Shown piece by piece: positions 10,232 through 19,948 of a stretch of 64,000 nt of DNA. Position numbers and translations under genes: made by a program. Source of the DNA: an uncultured Gemmatimonadales bacterium (GTDB lineage Bacteria > Gemmatimonadota > Gemmatimonadetes > Longimicrobiales > RSA9); NCBI GenBank assembly GCA_963708135.1, contig OY970192.1, forward strand, positions 5,088,001 to 5,152,000, written 5' to 3'. Positions within the stretch are counted from its first letter, which is position 1, and each line of letters opens with the position of its first letter. Below the pieces are notes generated by a model. That model had not been told where the DNA came from. It made no database searches and saw nothing but the letters and a program-made list of their open reading frames with translations.

Positions 10232-10569
10232 AGCGGCAGGTGGTTCGCGACGGCGGTCGCCGCGATCAGGAGATCGGCCAGGCGCGCGCGGCTCGATCGG
10301 CCCGTGGCACGGACGGCCGCGAAGATCCGCCCGTACGCGCGCGCTGCGTCCCCATCGAACGGGAGGGCATCCCAGGTCGCGGCGGCCCACTGCAGCCGAT
10401 CCTGCCGCCGCGCCCGCTCGAGCTCGTCGGCCGTGGCGTGAGGCCCGGCGGCCAGCTCCGCCAGCGTTACCGCGGCGATCGCCGTCTCTTCCGGCAGGAG
10501 CTCCGGGTCGATCACGTCAAGATCGATCACGACCGACGTGTCCAGGAGACCGCTCGGCGGCTCAGCCAT
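10168..10569 (-). CDS. vapC: VapC-family PIN toxin
   Basis: LLDTSVVI, TLAEL, DLLIAATA, LYTRNPADF. Confidence 0.9.
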   Translation of the reverse strand: MAEPPSGLLDTSVVIDLDVIDPELLPEETAIAAVTLAELAAGPHATADELERARRQDRLQWAAATWDALPFDGDAARAYGRIFAAVRATGRSSRARLADLLIAATAVANHLPLYTRNPADFAGLDEVVAVKPI

Positions 10570-10813
10570 CGACCGACGAATCGATGACCGCGTCCACCTC
10601 ACGCCGGAACCGCGCCGCATCGATCCGGGGCGCGCCCACGGCCGCCTCGGCAATGCTCGCGCGCGGCACGAACCGCCTTGGCTGGATCGGCCTCAGCTCC
10701 GCGACCGGCGTCCCGTTGCGCGTCACGATCACGACCTGCCCCGCCTGCACCTCGCGCAGCACCGCCGCGGATTCGTTGCGCAGCTCTCGCTGCGTGACCG
10801 TTCGTCTCTTCAT
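10562..10813 (-). CDS. Phd/YefM-family antitoxin
   Basis: TQRELRNESAAVLREVQAG..VIVTRNGTPVAEL; overlaps the vapC start. Direct repeat ATGTAGCAC x2 just upstream may be the operator. Confidence 0.85.
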   Translation of the reverse strand: MKRRTVTQRELRNESAAVLREVQAGQVVIVTRNGTPVAELRPIQPRRFVPRASIAEAAVGAPRIDAARFRREVDAVIDSSVDG

Positions 10814-10917
10814 GGCGTCCAATGTAGCACATGTAGCACGCCGGACCAAGATTGTCCGGCCGCAAGACAGCCGGGCACGGGTCACGGGCAGCGGCACGGA
10901 AGACGGGCAGAACGAGC

Positions 10918-11217
10918 CTACGACTCCCGGACCGTCAGCGCGGGGACGCTGCGGAAGGAGCGCGCGTTTCCGGTGACGATCTCGTCGCCCCGGAAGAGCG
11001 CCGTGCTGGCAATCAGGAGGTCGGAGGTGGGGAGGCGAGTCCCCTCCTTTCGCAGGCTCGCGTCCACCTCGGCGAAGATCCGCATGACGGGCAGGGTGAT
11101 CGCGACGACCGGCACCGCGGCCAGCAACGACTCCACGAACTCCTCCCGGCGCGCCCGACGTTGCGGACTCTCCGCGCGCCAGCAGCCATGAAGCAGCTCG
11201 CCCGCGCTCCTGGCCAT
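10918..11217 (-). pseudogene. 5'-truncated PIN (VapC) toxin
   Basis: SAGELLHG...DLLIASTAL..IVTGNARSF present; the N-terminal DT motif is absent. Confidence 0.7.
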
Positions 11218-11276
11218 CGCTGGATGCGGTACGCCGCGGCGTTGACATGCGGCAAGCATGCTGTCATGTTTTGCGC

Positions 11277-11507
11277 ATGTCTAAGATGATCCAGGTCCGC
11301 AACGTGCCCGACGCCTTGCACCGCACGCTCAAGGCGCGCGCAGCCCTCGCCGGGATGTCGCTGTCGGACTACCTGCTGGCGGAGCTCGAGCGGGCGGCGG
11401 CGCGGCCCACCGCCGATGAGATGCGCGCGCGGCTGGCATCGCGGGAGCCCGTCGAGCCCGGCACGCCGGTGGTCGAGGCGGTCCGAGCGGAGCGCGACGC
11501 GCATTGA
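11277..11507 (+). CDS. FitA-like ribbon-helix-helix antitoxin
   Basis: MIQVRNVPDALHRTLKARAALAGMSLSDYL; TTGACA and GCATG inverted repeats upstream. Confidence 0.85.
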   Translation: MSKMIQVRNVPDALHRTLKARAALAGMSLSDYLLAELERAAARPTADEMRARLASREPVEPGTPVVEAVRAERDAH

Positions 11508-11893
11508 TCGTCGTCGACGCCTCCGCGGTGCTCGAGCTGCTGCTCCGGACGCAGGCGGCCGAGGCGGTGGAGGCCCGGCTGCTCTCGGGCGAGGCGTTGC
11601 ACGCGCCGCACCTGCTCGACGTCGAGATCGCGCAGGTGCTGAGGCGCTACTGCCGGGCGGGCCAGCTCGGCGCCGCGCGCGCCGCCGAGGCGCTGGCCGA
11701 TCTCGCCGACCTCCGCATCGAGCGCCATCCACACGACCTCTTCCTGCCGCGCATCTGGGCCCTCCGCGACAACCTCACCGCATACGACGCCGCCTACGTC
11801 GCGCTCGCCGAGGCGCTGGACGCGCCGCTGCTCACACGGGACCGGCGCCTGGCCGGCGCGGCCGGACACGGGGCGCGGGTGGAGGTGGTGTGA
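11504..11893 (+). CDS. vapC: VapC-family PIN toxin
   Basis: IVVDASAVLE, APHLLDVE, NLTAYDAAYVALAE, LLTRDRRL. Confidence 0.9.
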   Translation: MIVVDASAVLELLLRTQAAEAVEARLLSGEALHAPHLLDVEIAQVLRRYCRAGQLGAARAAEALADLADLRIERHPHDLFLPRIWALRDNLTAYDAAYVALAEALDAPLLTRDRRLAGAAGHGARVEVV

Positions 11894-12161
11894 AGGGGCG
11901 GCTCGCGCTGCCCGAGGTCGCCGGCTCCCGGGGCCAGGGGCGGGTGGAGCGTGCGCGACGTCGCCTGGGGGTCCGTCCAGCTCGTCGTCCGAGGCTCCAG
12001 GAATGAGAACGGAAGGCGTGGTCATGGACTGGCGAGGAACCACCGTGCCCGGGACGCATCCTGGCATGAGAGATCTCGCAAGGGGCGCCTGCCCCCACGG
12101 TGGTCAACGAGATCTCGCTCGGTTGGCGGGATGCCTCTCGTCGTCGGTGGCGAGCATCGTG

Positions 12162-12596
12162 CTACTCCTGCAGCACGTCCATTCCCAGCGTTCGCGCCGC
12201 GTCGGCCAACGCGCCATCGAACACCGCGAAACGGAACTCCGCGGCTCCGCCGACACGCGTCCATATGGCTTCCGCCGCGGCGAGATGGACGCTGTCGTAT
12301 CCGCGCAGCCGAAGCTCCACCGCGAGATCCCCCGCCCGCCGCACGAGCGGCCAGTCCGCTTCGATCACATCGAGCTCAGCCCACGTGCGCTCCAGGTCGG
12401 CGAGGAGGCCCTGAATCGCTCGCGGCCCGAGGCCGCGCGCCCGGCCACCGCGCGCCAGCGCGGCGCATGCCTCAGCGTAGCCGATCATATGGCAGCCCCG
12501 AAACTCCGCCTGCTCCGCCGCCTCGCGCACTAGCGTCAACCCCGGCTCATCGGAGAACAGCTTCACGAGCGCCGACGTGTCGAAATAGACGATCAC
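12162..12596 (-). CDS. vapC: VapC-family PIN toxin
   Basis: VYFDTSALVKL, LRGYDSVHLAAA, FAVFDGAL. Confidence 0.9.
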   Translation of the reverse strand: MIVYFDTSALVKLFSDEPGLTLVREAAEQAEFRGCHMIGYAEACAALARGGRARGLGPRAIQGLLADLERTWAELDVIEADWPLVRRAGDLAVELRLRGYDSVHLAAAEAIWTRVGGAAEFRFAVFDGALADAARTLGMDVLQE

Positions 12597-12880
12597 CCAC
12601 GGTCCTCACTGACGATCTCCGCCAGCGTCTTCCTGCCCGCCCGATGCGCCAGGGCCTCGCGCGCCCCGAGGGGTGTCCGCCCCGCCGCTCCGGGCCGGAT
12701 CCAGGGAAGCTTGCGCAGCCTCTCCGCTACGCCCGCCTCCGGTGTCGCCGGCACCTCTCCCGGGCCCACGATGCGGGCGACCGGCTTTCCACGGCTCGTG
12801 ACGACGACCACCTCTCCCTTCTGCACCCGGCGCAGATACTCGGAGAGCCGTGCCTTCAGATCGCGGACCGACACATCCAT
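12593..12880 (-). CDS. Phd/YefM-family antitoxin
   Basis: VSVRDLKARLSEYLRRVQKGEVVVVTSRGKPVARI. Confidence 0.9.
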   Translation of the reverse strand: MDVSVRDLKARLSEYLRRVQKGEVVVVTSRGKPVARIVGPGEVPATPEAGVAERLRKLPWIRPGAAGRTPLGAREALAHRAGRKTLAEIVSEDRG

Positions 12881-13049
12881 GGCGCCCCTCCTTGTGGTCA
12901 CGCAGCTCCTTAATGTAGTCACGGTGTGGAGGGATGTCGAGAGGTTCGGCCGGACAACCCCTGCGCTGCCTCATGAACCGCGCGCGGGGGGGAGCGGCGG
13001 CCGGACATTTCTGCGCTCCCGTCGCCTTCCCGCCGACGCTCTCGCACTT

Positions 13050-13129
13050 ATGGCCGCTATGCGGCCCAAAGTCCCCGTCGGTCCGCGCCGCCGCCGGCGC
13101 GCCGGGACTTTGGTCCGCATGGCGGCCAT
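13050..13129. repeat. 26-bp inverted repeat (REP-like)
   Basis: ATGGCCGCTATGCGGCCCAAAGTCCC (13050-13075) versus GGGACTTTGGTCCGCATGGCGGCCAT (13104-13129), 2 mismatches; related sequence at 4561-4584. Confidence 0.75.
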
Positions 13130-13213
13130 TTCTGCAAGGCGGCTCCACAGCCCTCGGCGATACGGCAGTTCGGTCCGCCTTCGGGGCGCCGATCCGCCGG
13201 GCCGGCTCCCGAG

Positions 13214-15586
13214 CTACGCGGGTGGTGGCCTTGGCTCACGAATGTGATGCACGCCTCGCACGCCTGGACTCGCGGGCCGGGCGCGCAGGGGGCGTGGTGG
13301 CGGCGCGGAACGCCGGGTGGCTGCCGCGAGCCGGAGCGCCGCGAACCGCACGTACCTGCGCGCGTCCGCGGGCGCCAGCACCTCCGCCTCGCCCCCGTAC
13401 TGCAGGATGTGACGCGCCAGCCAGTCGAGGTCCGCCAGCGGGTGCCAGGCGACGAGGCCGTCGTCCGGCTCGCGAGTCCCCTCCACCCGCTCGCCGATCC
13501 AGGGCGCCACGCGCGCGGAGTAGCGGACGCGCACGCGCCCGACGCCGGTCCCGCCGAATACGCCGCCTTCCGCGGTGGTGAACGCGGCGAGGTCGAGGTC
13601 GGCCGGCGGGGTGAAGGCCTCGTCGCATGGCTCGGCGCGCAGCACCCGGTCCATGCGAAAGACCCGGCGACCTCGATTGGCATCGTCCGCGAGCACGTAC
13701 CAGTGCCCCTCCGCGAAGAGCAGTCGGTAGGGCGCGATGCGCCGCCAGCCCGGCGCCGCCGCGTCCGGCTTCAGGTACTCGATCCGGCACCAGCGCCGCT
13801 CCCGCGAGGCGGCGGCGACGACCCCATCGAGCATCTCCCCGGCCAGATCGAAGGCGACGGAGCCGCCTCCGTCCTCCGGGGCCGATCCACGATCCCGCGC
13901 CACTCCGTCCACCGGCGCGGCGCCATCGCGTGGCGCCATTCCGCCCTCCGGCACCACTCCCCCGCGCGGCACGGCTCCGCCGTCCGGCGGAACGCGGCGC
14001 CGGGCGAGAAGCCGCTCGAGCGAGGCGGCCAGCGAACGAAGCGCCGTGGCGCGGCCCGGGCCCGTCTGCGCAGCGAGCGCCCGCAGCGCGAGCGACAGCG
14101 CGACCGCTTCCCGAGCCGTCAGCCGCGGCGGCCGCGTGAATTCGCCCGGCGCGTGCACCTCCACGCGCCCATCCTCGATCAGGATCTGCAGGTCTCCCGG
14201 CGCGCCCGGCTCGAGGTAGTACGCGCGGTCCGCCAGCTCCTGGAGGTCGCGCAGCAGCGCGGGCACCGATGCACCGGTCCGCGATGCCAGCTCCGCCAGG
14301 GCGACGCCGCCCGGCCGCCGCGCCCGCGGCAGGATATCGAGGAGCCGCGTGAGGCGGTCGGCCGCCGTCGCGCGGCCGGACCCCCGATCGGCCGGCTCCG
14401 ACCTGGGCTGCAGCCCGTCCGGGCGCGCCGACTCCGGGCGCGCGCTCTCGCGCGACCGCGCCTCGCGCTCCGCCAATGGCGGCCCGGCGTGCGCCCGCGC
14501 GACGCGCAGGGCGAGGCGACGGAGCTCGACGCGAAGGGCGGGCGGCTCCACCACCTCCGCCGCGCCCAGCCACGCGGCCAGCCAGCGCACGAACGGCTCG
14601 GGGCGGCGGACCTCGAAGAGCCGCACCGCCGAGCCGTCCGCCCGCCGCTCCACGAGCTGGCCGTGCCCGCCGCGCGCGGCCAGCAGCGAGGCAGGGTAGT
14701 GGAAGAGGAGGGTGACCGGCAGCGTCGCCTGCGGGGAGCCCAGCTCCCACGCCGAGCGGCCGAGGTACGACTCGATCCGGAAGTCGCGCGGCACCTCGAA
14801 GGCCACGCCATCAGCCTCCGGGCCCGCGGGCACCAGCGCGCGGATCCGGCCAACCCGGAACGTCCGCACCTCGCCCGTCCCGCCGCCGGTCGCGCCCACG
14901 GCGTACCACTGCCCCGCCCGGAAGAACAGCCCGTACGGCGCGAGCACGCGCACTCCCGGCCGGCCGCCCGCGGGCGCTGCGTAGGTGAAGCGAACCGTGC
15001 GCCGGCTGAGGAGCGTCTCGCACAGCGCCGGCATCCACGCCGCCGCCGCGACCGCGTCGGGCGGGGGGACGATGACGGGCGCCCCGTCGCCGCCGTCAAC
15101 CAGCGGCAGATCGAACGTCAGCTTGCGCAGCGCGCCGGCGAGCGGCGCGGCCAGGGGAAAGCCGGGGATGGACTCCGCGCCGGCGAGCGCCCGGGCGACG
15201 GCATCGGCCTCCCGCCGCGGCAGCTCGACCTCCGCCACCGCCGCCCGGCCACCGGGTCGTTCCGTGGCGCCCTCTCCGCCGTTCACGAGACGCAGCACCG
15301 GCAGGTAGAGGTCGCGCCGGTCGAGCACGTAGCCCGCGCTGCCCGCATCGCCCGCGCGCGCCCGATCCTCGACGGTCCGGATCGGGATGCCCGCCTCCCG
15401 CAGCTCGGCCAGGTCGCGCTCGAAGGTCCGCTGCGCGCTGGCCTCCGCCCGGGGCGTCCCGGGCGCGCGGAGGCACCGGTAGCCCGGCAGTGCGTCGAGC
15501 AGCACCTCCGCGGCGACCGGCATCCGGTGTGCGAGGAGGAGCGCGACGAGGTCGAAGAAGCGCTGGAGCTTGGTGGGCGGAGGCAT
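13214..15586 (-). CDS. Fused tandem HTH-WYL-WCX regulator (PafB-PafC-like fusion)
   Basis: Module 1: RTFERDLAELREAGIPI...PYGLFFRAGQWYAVG...RTFRVGRI. Module 2: RLTRLLDILP...LTAREAVAL...PYRLLFAEGHWYVLA...RVFRMDRV...WLARHILQYGGEAEVLAP. Start could be 15595 or 15664. Confidence 0.88.
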   Translation of the reverse strand: MPPPTKLQRFFDLVALLLAHRMPVAAEVLLDALPGYRCLRAPGTPRAEASAQRTFERDLAELREAGIPIRTVEDRARAGDAGSAGYVLDRRDLYLPVLRLVNGGEGATERPGGRAAVAEVELPRREADAVARALAGAESIPGFPLAAPLAGALRKLTFDLPLVDGGDGAPVIVPPPDAVAAAAWMPALCETLLSRRTVRFTYAAPAGGRPGVRVLAPYGLFFRAGQWYAVGATGGGTGEVRTFRVGRIRALVPAGPEADGVAFEVPRDFRIESYLGRSAWELGSPQATLPVTLLFHYPASLLAARGGHGQLVERRADGSAVRLFEVRRPEPFVRWLAAWLGAAEVVEPPALRVELRRLALRVARAHAGPPLAEREARSRESARPESARPDGLQPRSEPADRGSGRATAADRLTRLLDILPRARRPGGVALAELASRTGASVPALLRDLQELADRAYYLEPGAPGDLQILIEDGRVEVHAPGEFTRPPRLTAREAVALSLALRALAAQTGPGRATALRSLAASLERLLARRRVPPDGGAVPRGGVVPEGGMAPRDGAAPVDGVARDRGSAPEDGGGSVAFDLAGEMLDGVVAAASRERRWCRIEYLKPDAAAPGWRRIAPYRLLFAEGHWYVLADDANRGRRVFRMDRVLRAEPCDEAFTPPADLDLAAFTTAEGGVFGGTGVGRVRVRYSARVAPWIGERVEGTREPDDGLVAWHPLADLDWLARHILQYGGEAEVLAPADARRYVRFAALRLAAATRRSAPPPRPLRARPASPGVRGVHHIREPRPPPA

Positions 15587-15713
15587 CGGTGCCATTTCGG
15601 GATGAGGGGCTGGCCGTGCGGGTCCATGGGTATCGCCGGAATGACCGGCGGACAAGGACGACATCGCCGAGCGGGGCGGGTACCCGCCGCTGGCGCTGCC
15701 GTTTCGCGCTCAC

Positions 15714-15735
15714 TGTCGGTGGGTCCTCTTACGTT
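15714..15735 (+). promoter_or_regulatory. PafBC/RecA-NDp-type promoter (TGTCGG-N10-TANNNT) upstream of the cas operon
   Basis: TGTCGG TGGGTCCTCT TA CGT T; exact consensus match, adjacent to the PafBC-like gene. Confidence 0.7.
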
Positions 15736-16142
15736 GTGGAGCGTGGACGGTGAAGCCGCCGGCGGGCGGCGGCGTTGACCGCGGCGACGTCGCCATCGAT
15801 TCTCTTGCGCGGATCCGGAAGCGGGACTACCCTGGGCTGTGGCGCTGGCGTTCGAAAGAAACCGTCGGCGCCGCGTTCCCCGGCCGCGATTCCGCTCTGA
15901 CCCCCTCCGGACGAGTCGATGGCCGCAACCGCCGGTCGCGCCAGCAGTGGCGCGACCGACGCGTGTCCGCCGCCTGCGCTCTGACCAAGGGTTCCGTAGG
16001 TGAACGTCCGACACTGGCCTCTTCGACCTATCGGGCCCGAAGAATGGGCGGGGTAACGCCCTCGGAGGTCCGAAGGAGGGCCGGTGATTTTTCGTGCCGC
16101 TCGACCTCATGAATTCGTTGACCCTGGACATGGAGTGAACCA

Positions 16143-17375
16143 GTGGCCAATGCGCTGACGCACAATGTGCTCACCCGCGCCGTGACGGGTGGCGCCGCGG
16201 CGTTCCGCTGCCGTCGAAGGCTGCAACCTGCCGGTGGGCCTGGAGACAAGGTTTTCCCGCCGACCTTCGCCGGGGCGGTGTACGCCATCGAGCAACGGCG
16301 CCTGCCCGACCGGGAGGCGCCCGTCCAGTGCGTGCTCCTCGATAGCGTACAGAGCCAGGCGAACCGGATGGAGCTGGCGCTGCAGGAGGCGGTGGATTCG
16401 GGCCGCTTGCGGTTGCCGCTCGTGGTGGTCAACTTCTCGGAGCACGATCCGACGGGCGACCTCGAGGCGGACGAAGAGGCAGGCCGATTCCTGGACGCCG
16501 TGGGCAGGATCACGACCCTCCAGGCGCCACACCGCCTCGCCGACGCGATTCTGCGCGACAGCGAGCTCGACGGCGTGCGATTCCGCAAATCCGAGAAGGG
16601 GAAGACCCTGAACCGCGCGAGCCTCGCCAATGCGACGCCGCTCTTCGAGCTCTGTCCGACGGCGCTGGTCTTCGGGATGTGGGATTCGACGGGGCCGAAG
16701 GGTGGCCTGGGCCCGAAGTTCGAGCGTGCGGTGGTCTCGGAGATCGTGGGGATCGGCGCGGAGTGGAAGGACGATTACCGGGCCCGCGGCGTGCGCCGTG
16801 ATCCGCTCGAGATCACGAAGAACGTGATGGTCCTCGCCGACGGCGACCGGGCCCTCAGCAAGGTGGCCGAGGGCAAGGAGAAAGGCGTCCGCCCGTCAGA
16901 GATCAATCACTCGAGCGTCCCGTTCGACTCCCCCAACTCCGGCGTAACGATCGAATACGCCGAGCAGGTGACGACGCTCTCCCTGATCGCGCTCCGACGA
17001 CTCCACTTCCCGATCGATGGCGCCACGACGACCGAAGCAGACGCGTCCGCCCGCACCGTTCTGGCCGCGCTCGGCCTGTGCGCCGCCACCCTCGCATTCG
17101 AGAACGGCGTCGGACTGCGCTCACGTTCGCTGTTGTGGCCGGAGGCCTCCATCACGTGGGAGCTCCTGGAGCGGCCGGGGAAGGAACCCCAACGCTATTC
17201 GCTGGCGTCTGCGGATACGCAGCAGCTGCTGGCCGACGCTGTGGCGGCGGCCCGATCCGCCGGCCTGCCCTGGCCGGAGCAGCCGCTCCTGCTCAAGCCG
17301 TCTGCGGCACTGGTCAACCTGGTGCGCCGCAGCCAGGTCGAGCTCGTCCGCCAGGGCGCGGCGGAGGACGGATAA
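16143..17375 (+). CDS. cas7: Type I-G Cas7 (Csb1/Cas7u)
   Basis: LQPAGGPGDKVFPPTF, LLDSVQSQANRME, APHRLADAILRDS, PTALVFGMWDS, LRSRSLL. Confidence 0.92.
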   Translation: MANALTHNVLTRAVTGGAAAFRCRRRLQPAGGPGDKVFPPTFAGAVYAIEQRRLPDREAPVQCVLLDSVQSQANRMELALQEAVDSGRLRLPLVVVNFSEHDPTGDLEADEEAGRFLDAVGRITTLQAPHRLADAILRDSELDGVRFRKSEKGKTLNRASLANATPLFELCPTALVFGMWDSTGPKGGLGPKFERAVVSEIVGIGAEWKDDYRARGVRRDPLEITKNVMVLADGDRALSKVAEGKEKGVRPSEINHSSVPFDSPNSGVTIEYAEQVTTLSLIALRRLHFPIDGATTTEADASARTVLAALGLCAATLAFENGVGLRSRSLLWPEASITWELLERPGKEPQRYSLASADTQQLLADAVAAARSAGLPWPEQPLLLKPSAALVNLVRRSQVELVRQGAAEDG

Positions 17376-17377
17376 GC

Positions 17378-18955
17378 GTGTTCTCGCTCGGCATCCGCTA
17401 CCTCAATGGCTTCTCCGTCGCGGCCGAGCCGGACTCCTATGAGCGGGCCGAATGGCCGCCCCACCCGGGCCGCGTGTTCATGGCTCTGGCGGCCGCCCAC
17501 TTCGTTACCGGCGGCGACCCGGCCGAACGCGCGGCGCTCGAGTGGCTCGAGGCGCTGGAGGACGCGCCCGCGATCCGGGCGGGCGAGCACCACGAGCGGG
17601 CGGTCGTGATCCAGTACGTGCCGGTGGACGACAAGGCCGGCCCCGCGAAGGCGCTGCTGCAATCCCTACCGCTCACGCGCGACCGGCAGCCGCGCACCTT
17701 CGCGCATGCCGCCCTCGACGACGACCTGGTCTACCTGAGCTGGCCGGGCGCCGAGCCGCCCGCGCGCGTGTTGGGCGCGCTCGAGACACTCTGCTCCAAG
17801 GTCACCCGCATCGGCCATTCGTCATCGCTGGTGCAGATGTGGATCGCCGATGAGGACGAGGCTGGTGAGCCGAACTGGGTGCCGGATGATTCGCGCTCCG
17901 CCCTGCACCTGCGCACTGCCGGACCGGGTACGCTCGCCGACCTCGAGCGGTTGTACGACGAAACGGCTGTCGAGACTTACGCCTCGCTCAAGGCGGCGGC
18001 GGAAGACGACACCGACAAGAAAGCTCAGCGCGCCGCGAAGAAGCAGCTGAAGCACGAGTTCGGAAACCGGCCCCCGCAGCAGCTCCGCCCACGACTCTCG
18101 ATCTACCAGGGCTATGCGCGGCCGGCGACGCGCGGCGAGGATGGAGCCGCCTCGGGCACGGTGTTCAATCCACACCCGCTCGTGCTGATGCTCGAACGGG
18201 ACGAGCCGGTGCGGCGCGAGCTCGATCTGCCGTGCACGCTCGCCGTGGTGCAGCGCTTGCGCGACGCCGTCCTCAGCCACAGCAACGGGTTGCCGGACCG
18301 GATCCGGTCGCTGCTCTCCGGCCACGAGCCGGATGGCACGCCGCTCGACGCGCCGCATCTTGCCTTCCTCCCCCTGGCCTTCGTAGGCCACCCACATGCC
18401 GACGGCCGCCTGCTCGGCGTCGGCCTCGTCTTTCCGGCTGATACTGCGCGCGAGGAGCGGCGCCTCGCGCTCCAGGCGGTCGCGCGCGTTCGGCACCTCG
18501 CACTCGGACGGCTGGGCAGGTGGAGGATTGCCGGGGAACGCCGCTCCAGTCCGCCATGGAACCTGCGGCCCGAGGCTTGGACCGCCTTTCCGCGCGGCGC
18601 GACACACTGGTCGACCGTCACGCCGGTCGTCTTCGACCGCCACCCGAAGAACAAGGAGCGCGCCGCGTACGAGCGCGAGGTGGCCGCCATGATCGCGGGC
18701 GGTTGTATGCGTATCGGCCTGCCCCGGCCGCGTGAGGTGATCGTGACGCAGATCTCGGCCCACCCTGGCGTGCCACCCGCGTTCGAGTTCCCACGGCTTC
18801 GGCGCAAGGACGGCAGCGAGCGCCGCCACACGCACGCGATCCTCGTCTTCGATCGACCGGTGTGCGGGCCGGTGCTGATCGGCGCGGGGAGGTACAGGGG
18901 GTATGGGGTGGGGAGGGCGATACAGGCGGCCCCTCAACCCCACTCATCGGGCTGA
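17378..18955 (+). CDS. csb2: Type I-G Csb2 (Cas5/Cas6 fusion)
   Basis: EWPPHPGRVFMALAAA, WSTVTPVVFDRHPK, GPVLIGAGRYRGYG glycine loop. Confidence 0.92.
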   Translation: MFSLGIRYLNGFSVAAEPDSYERAEWPPHPGRVFMALAAAHFVTGGDPAERAALEWLEALEDAPAIRAGEHHERAVVIQYVPVDDKAGPAKALLQSLPLTRDRQPRTFAHAALDDDLVYLSWPGAEPPARVLGALETLCSKVTRIGHSSSLVQMWIADEDEAGEPNWVPDDSRSALHLRTAGPGTLADLERLYDETAVETYASLKAAAEDDTDKKAQRAAKKQLKHEFGNRPPQQLRPRLSIYQGYARPATRGEDGAASGTVFNPHPLVLMLERDEPVRRELDLPCTLAVVQRLRDAVLSHSNGLPDRIRSLLSGHEPDGTPLDAPHLAFLPLAFVGHPHADGRLLGVGLVFPADTAREERRLALQAVARVRHLALGRLGRWRIAGERRSSPPWNLRPEAWTAFPRGATHWSTVTPVVFDRHPKNKERAAYEREVAAMIAGGCMRIGLPRPREVIVTQISAHPGVPPAFEFPRLRRKDGSERRHTHAILVFDRPVCGPVLIGAGRYRGYGVGRAIQAAPQPHSSG

Positions 18956-18961
18956 TAGCCT

Positions 18962-19948
18962 ATGTCTGGACCCGCCGCCACCTGGGACTTCACGGCGCAG
19001 ACCGACCTTTGGACAGGTAGGGTCGTTGGGATCAACGAGCGGAAGGGGAGAGTGGAGCTGCGGGAGAGCATCAAAAACTCGCGGCTGATCCCAACCGGCC
19101 TGCTCGGGTCCATCCGCTGGTGGTTCGAAGTTGTGGTGCGCGGTCTCGGCGGGAACGCATGCGACCCCACCAGGACCAAGTGTCAGGATGGCAAACACTG
19201 CGTCGTCTGCGAGCTGTTCGGTTGCACCGGCTGGGCCCGGAAGTTCCGTTTCCAGGTGCTGGACGGGAATGGAGAGATCCTGGGCTCCGCGATCAAGAAG
19301 GATTCGAAGTTCAAGGTCCGATTCGTACCGCTACGGCCCATCGCCAGCGAGGAAAGGGCGCTGCTCGACCTCACCCTCCGGCTCATCGCCGAGTACGGTG
19401 CGGTCGGTGGGAAGACAGTGCTCAAGCCTTCAGACGAGCCGAACCGCGCGGACGCGCTGCACCATCTCGACTATGGTGTGGTGTCTCTGGACAGCAGCCC
19501 CGGGGTCGCTGTCGGGGACGAGCGAACGCTGAAAGGCTATCTCCGCCAGGTCTCGCAGCGAGCCGCGCACGACACAAGCAATGCCACCTGGGCCTCGCTC
19601 GCGAACTTCTGGTGCGTGAACGGCAGGTACTTGACGCGCGCGAAGGCTGATGCGAGCACATTCAACAGGGTTTTGGGCCGCCAGGAACCCAAGCAGCAAG
19701 CGCAGACGCTTGCGAGCAACGGAAACGCAGATCGCTGGCTCGCCGGCTCACAGCAGGAGAGCAAGAAGGTCTTCAGCTTCAAGAATCCGCCCCGGACGTT
19801 CGGCTTCGTGCTGCCGGGGACGATTTCACTCGACGAGATGAAGACGCGGCTGCAGCCAGCCTGGTCGGACCTCCGGGATGGCGAGTTCCTCACCGGCGCG
19901 GATGTCCTGTCGAAGCTCGTTCCCGCGGCATCGGAGCCCGCTCGATGA
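18962..19948 (+). CDS. cmr1: Type III RAMP Cmr1-like
   Basis: TDLWTG, TGLLGSIRWWFEVVVRGLGG, CxxCELFGCTGWARKFRF, YGAVGGK. Confidence 0.8.
   Translation: MSGPAATWDFTAQTDLWTGRVVGINERKGRVELRESIKNSRLIPTGLLGSIRWWFEVVVRGLGGNACDPTRTKCQDGKHCVVCELFGCTGWARKFRFQVLDGNGEILGSAIKKDSKFKVRFVPLRPIASEERALLDLTLRLIAEYGAVGGKTVLKPSDEPNRADALHHLDYGVVSLDSSPGVAVGDERTLKGYLRQVSQRAAHDTSNATWASLANFWCVNGRYLTRAKADASTFNRVLGRQEPKQQAQTLASNGNADRWLAGSQQESKKVFSFKNPPRTFGFVLPGTISLDEMKTRLQPAWSDLRDGEFLTGADVLSKLVPAASEPAR

Noticed and set aside
15992..16013. Minus-strand TGTCGG as a promoter for the WYL gene
   Set aside because: Spacing is N9 and the -10 reads TACGGA without the final T; not conserved in the duplicate.
15750..16112. 120-aa ORF upstream of cas7
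   Set aside because: Frame not preserved in the homologous copy at 32590-33000; no motifs.
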